NCBI GenBank assembly: GCA_018398765.1
Contig: JAHBMJ010000276.1
Span: forward strand, 1 to 51,918
DNA from: Chromera velia
Taxonomy: Eukaryota
DNA: 51,918 bases
Reading direction: 5' to 3'
The stretch's first letter is position 1. Every line of letters begins with the position of its first letter. Shown here piece by piece: positions 11,984 through 26,699 of the stretch. The position numbers were made by a program, and so were the translations under genes. Under the pieces are notes generated by a model. It was given only the letters and a program-made list of their open reading frames with translations. It was not told the origin of the DNA and made no database searches.

Positions 11984-14900
11984 CGTCAGGGCGAGTTGTG
12001 TGATCTGCTTCCTCCAACCAACTGTTGTTCAGGCTGACACGCAGTCTCTGCTCCCTGCCGTGACTGGATGATCCACGTCCTGCTTGCTGAAGCCAATCTC
12101 ACAAGACCATCTGCGCTTAGCGTTTCTGGAGAGCAGGCACTGCGAACATGTTCGAGTCTCTCACAATTTTTCTGTCATCTGACAAATGATGTCACAAATC
12201 TCGCAAGTCACATGCACAGAATCACTCTGCAGCAGCTTCATACAGTGGCTAAAATTTCTTAGGCACAAATAATTGGTCTCCGTGCGAGTCACTTCATTGC
12301 ATGCATGGGGGGCACGCATGAGAAAATCTGGGAATGGCCCGCCAACATCCGCCAACACCGGGCCTGCGAAACGGTCACGATGACGAACAAATCCGCCGTG
12401 AGAAACCGCTCGGTCTTTTGAGGCGGGGCAGCTCCAATATTCCACCCTCCTCCGTGACAGTGGAGTCCAGACACCGTGATACCACAAGATGGCACACGGT
12501 GCAAGCAGGTATAAGAAGGCCCGCGCTCGTATGCGCTGGAAGGTCAGTGGACGTTTTTTTCTCCTGGATCACTCGTGATTTTGCTTCTACAGGATTCCGC
12601 TCAAACTTGTGTGTACGTCTCCCCTCCCCTCCTCTCTGCTGCAGTGGAAGAAGAAGCGTATTCGCAGGCTTCAAAAGAAGCGCAGGAAGATGAGGCAGAG
12701 GTCGAAGTAAACGTGACGGGACAGCTTGGGGGATGCTACAGGGGCTTGCAGTGATGACTGTGACGTCACTCGATCGTCTCTCACGAAGTCTCCCGTCTCG
12801 ACGATTTCTGATCTGGGCCAAAGCGACCGGCACACAGACAGACAGAATCGATTGGTATTGGAACAATGGACCGTAGACGCCCCGCTTGCTTACTGGCGCA
12901 GGAGTCTTCTCGATTCGATGGTTCAGATCTCTCTGTGGTGAAGCTGACGTACAGATGACGTACAGACATCGGTCGTGAATCTCCATTGGTTACAAGCACA
13001 CCTGCAACCTTCTGCCACTGGGCATCCATAAGAGCAGAGCATCTGGATCCGCACTGTCACATGTCAGCATCCCAGTAGACAAGCTGTATGTTGCAGTATT
13101 CTACAGCTGCACCGAACTCCACAAACTGACACGTTAAATGGGATGTATGAAAAAACCGTTTCTTGTTTTGCCGTCTCTCCCCTTCAAGTCTCCTTAATTC
13201 CCCCCCCGCCCCCCCTCCCCTCCCCCCAAACCGTCAGTTGGACTTCGAAACCGCAATTTCTGCCTCTTTCCTGACGATGCGGTTCTATGTGCAAACTCCT
13301 TGGACCTTTCTCATGCCTCCCCCGCTTGGCCCCTCGTGCGGCGCTCCCCCCCTTCTTGTTCTCTTTTGTTCTTTTTCTGCTTTCCGTCCCTGCCCTTTTC
13401 CTTCTTCCATGTTCCTTCCCGAAGATTTCATCCGTCGTTCCAGCTTGGTTGCTGCTTTCCTGTGTCCCTTCCCCTCCCGCTCCCCGCTGCTTTCCTTCTG
13501 TCCTTCCTCCTTCCCTTCTGCCCTTTCCGTTCTCTCTGCCTTTTCTTCATGGTCCATCCTCGCCTGTGTCTGTCCACACCCCTTTTTACGTTCTTTTCTT
13601 GTTTCCCTCCCTGCTTTTCCCCCTTCTGTTTTTCTCCGTGCCCCCTCTCCCGCCTTCGTTCTTCCGCCTCCTAGTTCGCCTCTCTCCTCTCTGTCCTTCG
13701 TTCTCTTCCTGCTTTCTTCCTCCCTTCCATCTCCTGTCAGTCATTTCCTTCCCTCCTTTGTTTCCTCCTTTGCTTACCTTCTGCTTCTGCGGGACTCGGC
13801 CGATCACTCACAGACCCTCCTTCTCTTCATTTTCGATTCCCTCGGATCCCTGCCCCTCTCGGAGTCCTAGTCGCAGTCGCATCGTCCCTTCGTTCGTGTT
13901 AGGAATGTCAAGTTGTCAGCCCTTTTGCCTCTCGATCTTCTTCCTTTTCCTTCCTCGCTTCTCCTTCTTACCTTTTCTTCAAGTTGGTTCCCCTCACGCT
14001 CCTCAAAGTCTCCCTGCATGCATGTGTCCCCTCTCCTGATCTAGCTCCTGATCGTGAGTGCCCTAGTGCGTGCCTTCCCCCGTGCCCATACGGACTCACC
14101 TCGAAGCTATAACCTCAAAACCCCTACAATTATAGGTCTCAAGTTGAAGTTTATCTGTCTTCTCCCACCGTCATGCCACCAATAGATTATAATAGATTTC
14201 TTAATTCGATGCTTGGGTAGAAGCAAATAACTATAGACCTAGCCATAGACATACACTATAAACACTTAATTCAAGTTTACAGTGAAATAAAAAGTTTATT
14301 AAAGTCTAGATTAAAATATAATATGAAGTATAAGTGCACGAAGGTTGATCTAAACTTAATTGCATCTAGACTTGCATATATGTTGAATTGAATAATTTTA
14401 ATTTAGATTTTTAATTTTTTTCCAGCTAGACTTTTTCTCTATAGCACTTCATGTAGAGCGTACGTTATGCATATCACCGTGCATTAAGGCCTCTATCAAA
14501 TTGATTGACGCATCAGAGCCGCCCTCTGTGGGCACCTACAGCCAATACAATAAGCATGCAATACAGAGCGCATTAATTAATTTATATGCATGCGTCCATC
14601 CATGCGTACAAACAGCTTGCACAAAAACAATCATTCTAAGCAGGAAAGTGGACTGTGATTCATACAAACAGGGCTCTCTCAATCTCCTCTGCACAACTGA
14701 TCATCACATCCGTTCCTACTTTCTACTGGTCTTCCAATCGGTACCAATCGGCGGGCCGAAACAGCCCCTCAGACCTAGGAGGATTGACTTAATAAATTAT
14801 GATCCTATATCCTAATATGAAAGAATAGTAAACCACAAAAAAAAACTTGTTTACTCGCTAATTATTATATCAAAAGTGTCAAGTGGAGCTAGTAAAGCTA

Positions 14901-15329
14901 TTTTATGACGGTTTTAGTGATGATTACTTCAAATTATTTAGAGATACCCCCCCTTAAACATGATATCGCTTCTCATTGATTATAGATTACGCGATTACGG
15001 ACATATTTCAAAGTTGAAAGCTAGGATCAATGACAAGCCGGCCGGTGGGAACATGACAGGCAGGCAGATGCAGGTACGCTCTGCCAGACACAGGCAGGCA
15101 GATGCAGGCAGACAGATGGCCTAGACAGATGGCAGACAGAAGCAGGGAGGCGGGCGCAGGCAGGTGGATGATAGGCAAACAGTCTGCTCCGAATGCTAGC
15201 CTGCTATACTCTTCGCTGGAGAAGAGGGGCACTGGAGAAGAGGGGGGGGAGAAAGTCACTAGAATGGTGTTTTAGAAACAGCCTCAGTTTGGTTGCGTTC
15301 GTCCGTTTGTCACAGTGACTTTCCTGTGT

Positions 15330-16030
15330 TCTGAAAAGCTGTTTGCAGACAGGATAATAAGATACACCAAAAGATCTCATAGCCGTGCGTTTACATAACC
15401 TGGTGAATATACAGTGTGGGTAGGGACTTTGGTAGCAGCTGTATGGGATTGGGAAGATGGCAGGCAGAAAGAGTGGTCGATTCATTGAGTAGTCGACATT
15501 GTGGATCCGCAAAAAAAAAATATAATCACTGGTTTTGTTACAACTTTTGCAGAGAGCACTGGTTTGTCGAGCATTGCACACACAGAGGAAAACAAAAAAT
15601 ATTATATGTTGATACAGTCATTCGAACGTTCAGATAAAGGACTTGATGAGAGTGACGAAATAAAATTTAAGCTCATGACTTCATCTCTGCCGCAGCCTCT
15701 CAATGCCAATGTAAACGGAAGGGGTCGGGGGAGAGGAAGAGGAAGAGGAAGTTCCCGAAGAACTTCTGAGAAAGAAGAAGGGGGAGGGGAAGAGGAAGGG
15801 GACTCTGAGGAGGGGACAGAGGACGGGGAAAAGACGGGGCCAACAGCAGTTCTGCTGAAGCTTCTGTACCAGTGGAAGCAGTGGACTTACTTCCTTGTAA
15901 TCGGCTTGATACCACCCCTCTTGCGGTTGTCTTTTTCTGGATTCATGAGGGGAAGCTTGCTGGCAAGCAGCTCTTTATGAAAGAAAGAGAGCTCGCACAG
16001 GTGGAAAGCGCTTTTCAAGAGCTCACCTCT
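15330..16030 (+). pseudogene. Decayed coding remnant of unknown origin (possibly transposon-borne)
   Basis: Protein-like fragments in shifting frames with stops (VAAVWDWEDGRQKEWSIH*VVDIVDP; GRGRGRG plus an acidic tract; PLAVVFFWIHEGKLAGKQLF), flanked by AT-rich degenerate DNA. Confidence 0.3.
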
Positions 16031-16809
16031 GAATCACACTGATCTACAACATTCTGTTCTTTGTTAAAAATGCATACAGGGGGGGTAGCGGAGGGTAGGG
16101 TCGGGGTTTATGGCTGTTTACTCTAGAAACGTTATTTATTACGGATTATGCAATTACGAGCTGTTTTCTAATGATGTGAGGCGACTGATCTTTAATGGTC
16201 ATTTACGCCAGTAATATAAAGCATCTCAACATAAAGTAGACTTTGTTGGAAGTAATAAAAGCTAAAGATTCTAAAAAATTAGCTTTTAGATGTATATGTG
16301 ATTTATAAAGGTATGGTACTCTATATATTATGTTATAAAGCCTAGGTGTAATAATTTAAGTCGATTCGGAATCCTTTAGCCCTTAGATGGTAACGTTTTC
16401 GTCTCAATCATGCCGGACAACGAATCGGATGCTTCGCAGTCAGGGATATCCGCCTTATGCTTTTTAAAGTTGGAAAAAAACTAGGCGGGGGGACTTCAGG
16501 TGGGGGCATAAGTAGCTTAGACCCCCAGGTGGTCCAAAAGTGAACCGGGGGTGGCCCCCGGGTGCGCCCCTTTCTAAAATATACCCAAATATCATCACAT
16601 ATTTGCAGCGGCGCAGTAAAAGATTTTCGCCATGGGGTGGCGAAATGGGGAGGGGGGGGGGGGAAGGGCGAAAGTGAGACGTGACGAAACGAAGATTTTA
16701 AAGTGAGGCATGACCAAAACCTTGCGCCGCCGCAGCCTAGGCCACAGCAGTGCATGACAGCAATTTTGGCTCTGATTTATTTCTTTTTTCTATCTCCATC
16801 TACGTGCAT

Positions 16810-17640
16810 CTAGCTATGCATATTAGGTATGCATGAGTAGAAAAAGAACTTCGAACAAGAAAGGAGTGAACAAGAATTTTCCTGTTTGAGGTATAGATAA
16901 AGAGCTGAATGAAAGCAGTTCATGTTTGCAGTCCATGACCGTCTGTGTCTTTCGTTTATCTTCATGTGTGGACAAGCCAGTCCGAAGAGTACCTGTTCAT
17001 CTCGAAATGAGTGCAAGATTTCCCGTTAAGGGAACCTGTACTTTTTTACCCTGTTTCTTTACTGCTTCCTCGTGCAAGGCAGTTCATGTCTGAATGAACG
17101 CACCAGGACAGAGAACGTGAGAATAGAAGGAAAGGATAGACGAGGGTTCGGCTAGATGGACGAATCAATGAGGTAAGCGAAACTCCTTTTTAAGAGGTGA
17201 CCATCTGGCAAGAATGGATCACTCAAGAGAATAATTCTTCTCTTCGTTCGCTCGCAGGTATTGGTGAGTCTGGGAGTACGACCCAGTGGGAGTGCAGCAA
17301 GCATGGGATACTTATTTGCTGTGCCCTGACCCCGCTTACAGCGCTTCTGTCTTCTCACGTTTCAGAACGCCAGTGCTTATGAGTGTATGGTGAAGAAGCA
17401 GTGAGTGTTTGAATTTTTAGAATAAAAGGATTTATAATCATTGTATGAATGAGCATCATTCATGTACAAGCATGTTGCTCCGGAAGTAGAAGAGTTTGAA
17501 AAGAAGCATCCTGGTTTGAATTAAGTATAAATGAAAGTGAACTGCTGGTGTAAAGAACCGAACTGCCTTGATCGTGCGTTACCGCCGAACGCTAGATGCC
17601 TATTTATAGGCCGATGGCGATAGCGTATGATGATGATGAT
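16810..17640 (+). mobile_element. Degenerate 3' portion of a non-LTR retrotransposon (RTE-like) ending in (TGA)n
   Basis: RGDHLARMDHSR at 17193-17228 resembles the RTE C-terminal RWxGHxxRM motif. The conserved 60-bp end with (TGA)n tail is shared with 4541-4602. Reading frames are interrupted and the 5' boundary is approximate. Confidence 0.45.
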
Positions 17641-18012
17641 ACATGATTCAGTAGTGCATGTATTTATAGTTATAGCCCTATAGTCTGTGTGATAGAGTCT
17701 CAATTAAGTCTAGTCTTAAGTCTCCAAAGTCGCGTAGGTCGATCTGGGCCTCAGCTAGGGCCTTAGGCTGCATCTCTCCGGTCAGCATTTCATTTACATA
17801 TTTCATAGTTTATAATTAATCATGATTTCCATATTATCAAATACTAGATTAAACTAGAAAGTAAATAAATGTTGACACATACACTGTGTCATACAGGCTA
17901 CGTTTTAATATAGTTTGTAAAATATAGGTACGGCCGCGCATTTACTAGTAGTCTATACTAGCTAGTAGGAGTCTACAAGGTGTAAATCAAACAAGCAATG
18001 TTGCCAGTTTTG

Positions 18013-21000
18013 TTAATATTCATATCTTTCTTCCGATTCTTCATCTTCCATCTCTTCAAAGTCCTTTTCCCAGTCTGCCGGCAGATCCTCGTTCTCTTCA
18101 AATTCGCTGTCCCCATAAGGGTCGGGCACCCTTCCGATCCTGGTCAGTCCTCCCTCTTTCCCTTCTACCTTTTCGGCCACATTCTCACCAAATCCATCCA
18201 AATCAAAATTCCAATTCTCCAAAACGCCGCTGGTTTGACGCTTCATTTCTCTAGCAAAATCACCCCTTAATATCTCAGCTAAAGCATCCACCATAGGCTG
18301 CTTCCCCCCGTCTGAATCGCCTGCAGGCTGGTTCTGCAGACGCGCCAGGTGCTCACCCAGCTCTGCCAAGTCTGTCCCTTCATCTAGCGGAAGGACTCTC
18401 ATCTGCTCCACTTCACCATCTTTGAAAGACCGAAGCAGTTCATCATATGAATCTGACATAACAGTGGGATCTAGACCTGTAGACTGACCACCCGGACCCT
18501 CCTGTTCTTCCTTTGCCCTTGCTGCAGGCTCTGCCACACGATCCGAATCCGAAGCCTGCAATTCCCCCCCTCCCCCCCCCCCAAAAAGCCCCTCGAGCGT
18601 TTGAATGACATCAGACACCTCTGAAATACCAGAAGGTCGTACGTCACGCGTCAGTTTTTCAAGTATCCCAGTCGCCCTCTTACGAGCAGAAGCGGGAACT
18701 TCAGGGTTGTCTATTAGCTCCGTGAGCTCACCCGTCATCTCACGAATGTCTCTCAACAATTTGCGCCTCTTCTCAAACTCAGAGTCATCTTCAGAGTCAG
18801 AGTCAGAGTCAGAGTCAGAGTCAGAACTGGACTCTAGCCAATCCCACTTGTCGAAGTGATCGTCGGATTCTCCTACTGATGACCCAGGCTCCTCTGGCTG
18901 CAACGTTCTTTTCCTTTGTAAAAGATTTTGAAAATCCCCTCTTTCCTCCATTTTCATTTTCATCAGATCCTCCATGCTGCTCATGAAATTAATTTCCTCC
19001 CGAATCTGCGACTGCTTCAACCGCAGCATGGCACACATGGCACTTGTGTCTACAAACGTTTCACGTCTTGGATACATTCTTTTTCTCGCGGCGAACAAGA
19101 TGTAGGCAGTAGATCTGATGTTTTTTCTCATCGCAAGCGTGCTTTCTTTCAGGCCCTGCCTTCCCATTTTATCTTCCTCATATTTCGTGTTGCCAAACCT
19201 TCTGTCAAGCTCCCTTAGTGCGTCTTTATAAGCTGCCTTCTCGCGGCAAACCGTGCGAGCAAACCTGAGTGTCCGGTCAGTCTCATGACTGCCAGCAGGC
19301 AGCACGGCAGACGCAATTTGATGATCGTGGGCTTCACTCTTGCGAATACTTCCCACTGCCAGCAGGTAATCACGGGGTAAAATGGACTGCGGTAGCCGTT
19401 TGTCAGTGACACCGTCCAGAAAGTTGAGAATCGTCGACTCCGCCCGAGTGTCTCCTCGAGGCTTGTTGACAGCGTCTCGGGAAGCCTCCGAGGCGCGCAA
19501 ATCGAGCGACAGAGAGGGAGGGAACACTTCATATGGCGTCCAAGGGGAGGTGGCGAGAGCAGTGGTGTTGATGTCGGAGGGCCCGATATGGAATGTATCG
19601 AAACTCGGAGCCCTTTCGGGACCCTCACCAGTCTTTTTGATGTGATGTGTCTGCCAATCAATTTGACGTGCCGCCGTTCGGAAGGGGAGCAGGTCGGGGC
19701 TCCACCCCTTGTGGGCGAGACTGGGCTTCAGAGCCTTAGACTCTGTCAGTTTGGCTTGCTGAAGCGCCTCACACATTTTCAGGTAGATGTACCCCAAATA
19801 CCGCTCTGACTCTGATACAGTCTCTTCCGACGGACTGTTTTTTTCATCTCCTGCAGAATTTCCCCCCCTTTTCTCTTTTCCTTTCCACCAAAACTTCAAG
19901 AGCTGTGCAGGAATATGAGTCATTCCTGCGACTTCAAAAGGCGCAATCCGCCTTTGCATCTCCCCATACATCATGAAAGCAGCTTTCGTGCACGTCTCTG
20001 CCTGCTCCTCGGAGTATCCTTCCGCACGCGTGACGCGATCGATGAATTCGAGAAGGTCGAGCACTTCAGCGCACACGCGCGCAACCTCAGGAAACTCCGC
20101 TTCGTTCCTCTCGATCATTTCCGATGCCACCTGACTGTCACAGAACAGCCAGTCATGCAGTGCATAGGAAATCCGCGAACGAAGAGAATTTGCACCCTCC
20201 GCCCCAACCTTCCCGTCCCGTTCATCTCCTTGTTTTGCTCCTGCTCCCCCTGCTCTTCTTCCTTCCCTTCCCGCCTTTCGTTTCTTCTTTTTCTTCTCAA
20301 ACTTTCCAATCAACTCACCTACTCGGTCCGCCAAGCTGAATCGTGTAGGCCACGAATCGGGAGGACCATCGGGGACCCCCAGCTCTTCCTTCAGTTGGTC
20401 GCCATACAGGATAACTTGCGAGTTCGCAACAGGATCTTTCAACATTTTTGACATAAGCGACTGCATACGCGCACAGCGGAGATCGAGAGGAAGCTGGCCA
20501 AGGCTTCTCTCAAGTCCCGTGAATACGCGCACCAGTCTCTCCGAACCAACGTTGATTGCTTTTTGTCGAGTTTGAGGGTCTTTCTGGAGATTCTTCATCG
20601 TCGCAACGAAACTCTTCTTCTTCACTGGCTTCTTTCCCGCAGCCAGTTTCCCCTCACGGATCGCCTTGGCGTCAATGAGCACCCTGCAGACAGACAGACA
20701 GACAGACAGACAGGCAAGCAGGCAGGCAGACCGGTGGGAGGGAAAGGGGCCTGAGGTTGTTTGCTCGCTGCATGTCTCACAAAACAACACTCACTGATAT
20801 CTTTCTGCGTACAGAGACATTACGGAGAGGCCGACCGACAGCATTCATAAAAGCGACAGCTTTCAATTAAAAGAGAAGCTTAACTCTATGAAGAGTAAAA
20901 GATAGACAGACAAGCGCAGTCGATTCAGACAGGGGGGCTTCGGGTGGGGGGGCACTTCCTAGCGGTGAGTGGGGGTTCGTCTGTTGTGTTGCTATTCGAC

Positions 21001-21271
21001 AACGAGACAGACACAGAGACTGGATGATTTGTCCTTTTCGTTTTTACTCTTCACACACAATGAAACGAGAAACAAAAAGGAGATTCACCCGGAAGCTTGA
21101 CAGAGAGACAGACGGATGGTGAGGCGAGGCGGATGCAAATAGAACAAGAAAAAGGCAGACAGTCTCTACCGCCTGCCTCTTTGCGCCTCACGATGACTGT
21201 GAAGCATGCAGTCGTGCAGCGAAACGAAAAACAACAAAAAGCAAGCCATCAGCCGCTGTTCATCAAGCCCG

Positions 21272-21335
<64 letters not shown>

Positions 21336-24300
21336 CCTGAACAGACAAACGCACATGCCCATTCACCGACTGACCGAAAGACACATTCATAGAACCCAAC
21401 AACGATTTCGGGCACCTCGTCGGTGTCCTGGTCGGTGTGCTTCAAGAGCCGAAGAGATCGGAGGAAAGCTTCGGGATCCGTCCGAATTTCTTCTTCCCCC
21501 CCCCGAATTTCTTCTTCCCCCCCCCGAATTTCTTCTTCCCCCCTCTTACCGGTGGCCACCTCGACCACCTCATTCTGGTGCACTTCGTTCACCAACAGGT
21601 AATGCGCAACTGAAGGATCGCGAAATTGACGAACGCTCCGTATGCGGGAAAACCAACGCTGGAGCATTCTGCGAAAGTGAAGACGCCTCTGCGTCTGCCA
21701 CTCCCAAAGAAAGTTGGCAATGCGCACCGCCACGCTCATCATTTTCGGATTCATACCTCCCTCCAGACTTCTGCTGAACAACTCGGGCGCATCGTTCATT
21801 GCCTCCGTCAATTCATCCGATTCCTCTTCATCCGATTCGTCATCATTCAGTGCAGCTTGCGCAACGTGAATTGCCTCCGTCAATTCAGCGCTTGGCACAA
21901 CAAACTCCCCCTTGGTCACGTTCTTCGTCTCTGCATCCATCCATCCATTCAATAAAGGAAGGTGAAGGAAGTTCGTGGACAGGACAGGACAGGTGCAGGA
22001 AGGAAGGAAGGAAGGAAGGAAGGAAAAAACGTGCTACGAGCTCTCAAAGAGGACACTTTTGGATGCCCAAAAGCAAAGGTCCAAACAATTTAACATCTGG
22101 GAAAGAGAAAGTGAACAAGCACCTGCGCAAACGCCGGATACCGAGAAACACAAAGAAAGTCATGCGAACGAACGAACGTTTTGAATGGAGCAACCGGGAA
22201 GGTCCTATTACATCTGTCTTGCTTGCATCATGAGCAAAAAGCTGACAACATCAAAAAAACAAAAAAACAAAAAACCAAATCGCATCCCTTCTTCCGTTCC
22301 CCTTCCTCTCACTTTGGGTCTTCCCGACATCCTTTCTCTTTTCTGTTGTCTACTCACTCTCAAGAGCCGTCGAAGCAAGGTTGTCTGCTTCCTTGAGATC
22401 ATCTTCCACGAGCTCCTGACGATCTTCATACTCCCCCACTTGCTCCCTCGCTGTACGGAAAAGTGCGGGAACCACAGACGCTGCAGAGGCAACGAAACAC
22501 CTGGCCATGACTGTGGAGGCAATCCTCTCCAAGAAGACCTCCTTGTACCTGTCCACCACATTTCCATCATCTAACGGAAGAGTGTACCATCGGGCAGGGG
22601 CGTCGCCTGCCGAGGCACCAGCCGAACGTTTGGGACTCGGAGGTTTGGCAAGGGGGGGAACGGACTGCCCGGGCAGATGCAGAGCGTCGAAGAGGTCCTG
22701 AATGATCGAAAAAGAGCCCTGGATACCAAAAGACAGCCACGTTCGCACGGCTTCGTCAGTCAGAGGGGTGAACCTATGCATGTCACTCGTCAAAGGATCG
22801 AAACGGTCAGGAGAGCCAAACACGGTCTGAGGCTGAAAGCGAAGAGGCCCGGAAAGAAGATCCATGTCAAGACCCCCCTCTCCTCCCATTTCTTCTCCCA
22901 CATCCCCCCCCTCTTTTCCCAACTCCCTCTGGATCTGCTGTTTGAGATCCATGTACTTCAAATCTGGGTGGGGTATTATCTCGGAAGGGATCTCAACCCC
23001 CCCAACCTCAGCGTCGCCCCGCGACAAGACCTCCACGGGCTCTCCCCTCTCCTCCATTTGTTCCCCTCCCTTCTCCGTGGAAGTTCTGAAAAGAAGACCT
23101 GCCGAAGGAGCGGGTGGAGAACCGGACGAGGAACCCTCCCCCTCTGTGCCCTTTCGAGAACCTACCCTTTCCCTTTGGCAGCTCTCGATCAGCTGCAGCT
23201 GATGCTCCCTCTGGGCTTTCTGGTAAAACAGATGGTGAAGGAGAGAGTCCATCGGAACAAGCTCAAGCCCCCCCTTTTCCCTCGGGCGCTCGATGTCCGC
23301 GATCGTCGTGCGATCAAACAGATACCGCGGCATCTTTCCAGTGGCCCGCACGGCCAATAGATCCATGACAGTCGACACACCCGGAAACTCACGAGCGAGG
23401 AGCCACTTGTGCTCTCCAGCCTTCACTGCAATTTCATTCAGTTTGCCCCATGCGTTTTGCTGGCGGCTGCCAACACGGGTGGCAAGCTCACGCAAATGGG
23501 GGTCGAATACGACCGTGCCTTGGCCACGCACACCATAGTGCAGTTGGAGTTGCGTGCTGCCCGAAAGAAACAGTCGGGCCCAATTTTGTTTCGCAGCGGC
23601 TGCTTCTTTGGCCGAAAGGAAATTCGGCATTTGGGTGAGAATTTCTTTGTGAGTGTGCCAAAGAAGGTCTTCGAATCGCAATCCCTCAGTGGCAAGGAAT
23701 TCCAAACAGCCGGGGATCTGTGAGTCACCGTGGGAGGGCTCGAAACTTTGGTCGAACCGGCGGCTGCTGAGATCTGGGTGCCGAAAACAGGGGGGAGGAC
23801 TGAAGACAGCCCGATCATCGAGCAATCTCCAAAAGCGGTCTCGAAAGGCTTCAACGACCTTCCTCTCTTCAGGCGTGTTCGCCCTACCGAGGGGATTGAA
23901 AGAAAAGCCGTGGGATCGGAGGGAAGGGAAGGATTTGAACACTTCTTCTCTCTCTGCCAAAAAGGCACTGCCTTCATTGCCCGAATTCCCCATCCTCCCT
24001 CTCTGACATTCCTGCAACACACGACGGCCTACAAGAAGCTCATTGGCAACACCCCACAATCCGTTCACGAGACGTCCGTCTGAACCTTGAAGCTGCAGAC
24101 GGGCATGGAAGGGATCCGTGGGTTCTTCTAAAAATGGAAGAGACTTGACGAGATCCCCCCATGCTGTCTCAACCCTCTCAGCAATCGAAACAGACGCATC
24201 TTCTGACTCTGTGCAGTCTTCTCTGAAAGCTTCTGCTGATGCTCTTCGTTTCCTTGGGCCTTCCGCTTCGGATCCCGACAATTTCACAGCAGGAGATGCA

Positions 24301-25566
24301 CCCCCCCCTTCTTTGGGTGTCCCTCTGAACTTCTGGCCGAAAAAGACATTTTTCAGAAATGATGCGTGATCTGAAGCTTCTTCTTTCTCCTCTCCCCTAT
24401 CTCTTCGTGAAAGGAGGAGGGAATGGTCTGTGTTTGGCCGCTGACTTTGGAGGGTCTGGAGACTCTGCCCGAGTGAAGGGTAACCATACAGCAGTTGGGG
24501 GCCATGCTTATCGGATTCAGGAGAGAGAGGAGACCGAGAATCCGGGAGGGTCGCGTTTTGTACTTCTTTCCAAACTTTCTGGATGGACGGATCGAGGCTC
24601 TCAATCTGCCTCACGGGACCTCTGAGGGTAAGGCCCCCGTCCACTAGATCGTACCACTCGGACAAATAAGAGAGAAACTGAAGAAGAGATGGGTCGGACG
24701 TCTCCACCGCTGTCTCGCTACCTGCCCTCTCCCTCTCCTTCTCTCTCTCTCTCACTCTCTGTTCAAATGTCTGGATCATCTCTTGCAAGAGACGGATATG
24801 CCACCATCCGTCCATGATTTCACGCGCATAAGAAAGAGACAAGGGATCATTGCCGTTCTCAACAGTCTGAGTCTTTGCGCTAATCCAAGATTCCGATAAG
24901 TCTCCCACAGCTTTACCGAAGTCACAATCTCCTCTCCCGTTGCCCTCCCCCTTTTCTTCGAGATCTGCAAGGCACTCATCAAAAAGCTTCAACGCCCTCG
25001 CTCGACTCCGCACTGCATCGTCCCCCCTTTCCGTCTCTGCATTTTCTCTCAACAACCTAACGAAACCCTTGTCGGAAGGTATCTCGGAACGAGACGCTGA
25101 GTCAAGCGAGCTCCGACACAGGCGAGAGGTGGATGTGTAAGTGAAGGCATCGCTTTGAATGCGATCATCCTTTGTGGAGTAGTTCTTTAAGTACTCATTG
25201 ACAAAGTCTGCAGGGGATATACCTTCTGCACGGGAAAAACCTTGAGGTTCCTTCCCCGCTTCCGGTCTTCTCCGCTCCTTATTAGGAACCTCCCAGAGAA
25301 GCTGAACGCCCGCCAAAAGCTCGCCTCTGCGCCGCAGAGCGTCCTTCCCCTCACGGATGCGCTTCTCTGCCCCCTTTGTCTGTCCACGGATGCCGGGCAT
25401 GTCATTGAAGAAGACGGAATCTTCAGGGGGCTCCCAATTCCATAATCTGCGGATGCTTGCCGCCCGCTCATGGCCCAGCTGACGAAGGGATGCACACACA
25501 CACACACGCACACACACACACACGCACACACACACACAAAAACGCACGCACACGCACACGCACACG

Positions 25567-25629
<63 letters not shown>

Positions 25630-26665
25630 TATATGTTTCTTCTTCTCACAGACAGGCAGACAGACACAGACACATACGCACGCACGCACGCACGCACGCA
25701 CGCAGAAGAGCACACAAGAGCACACAAGCACAGCCATATCGAGGGCGGGTGGACGGAGAGCTGAAGTGCTGTGGCAAAAAGCGATCAAGGTCACGCAGAA
25801 AGACATGCAGTGTATGCGTTTTTTGTTTTTGTTTCCTTTCTTTGACTCTCTTCAAACAGATGGTTCAGACAGCGAAACAGACAGACACGCAAGAAAGGAC
25901 AGTGAGCGATTACACACCTTCACCTTCACCTTCAAATTCTTTTTCCTTGTCTCCTTCTCCCTTAATTCATTTTTCAATACAGACGAAGAGAAGAGAGACA
26001 GGCAGGCAGGCAGACAGACAGACAGACAGACAGAAAGGAAATGAACCCGCTGGCTGGCTGGCAAGATCAATCACGACTCACCACACAAAATATGCACTCC
26101 CGCTGTTTCTTGTTCAGATCCGAATACAGAGGAAGCTGCATGCTTCCCGTCTCCCTTCCCACAAAAGGAGACAGCGCACCGTCATGCTGTTCCCACTTTG
26201 CTTTTGAGCTTTTGTAAGGATCCTTCACACCGTCGTACCAGAGGGAGGTGATCTTTGAGACCTCGTAGGGGAGAAGACTACGGACCATGAGGTATCTGCA
26301 GGCGTCCGTTGACCGACAAACAAACGGAATGGAGGGAAAGTACAGATCAAAAGAGGAAAAGAGGAAAAGGGACAGGCACAGGCATGTACTGTCCCGTGAG
26401 AAGAGATGAAATTAAGAGACGAAAAAACGCTTCTCCGATGCCAAAAACTAGCAGTAGTCTTTCTTTGTCCGACGTTTCTCCCGCCGTTTCTCACTGGACA
26501 GAAGTGTCTATCTGTGGGCTGCTCATCCATCCATCCATCCATCCATCCATCCATACACTCCACCAGCCAGCCTGTCCACATTCCGGCATCCATCACCGTC
26601 AATTGGACAGCCGGTCTTTCCATCGATCTGTCGCTTCTCCCTCCTCCCTCCTCCCATTGCCACCC

Positions 26666-26699
<34 letters not shown>

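Noticed and set aside
12100..14040. Overlapping ORFs of 80-250 aa upstream of the TPR gene
   Set aside because: Pyrimidine-rich low complexity, no domain motif and no consistent splice model; possibly a decayed remnant but unsupported.
22350..25583. Stand-alone 1077-aa gene (likewise the 925-aa and 650-aa ORFs)
   Set aside because: The ORF starts lie in intronic or microsatellite sequence, and phase-compatible splice sites bound each, so they are treated as exons of one gene.
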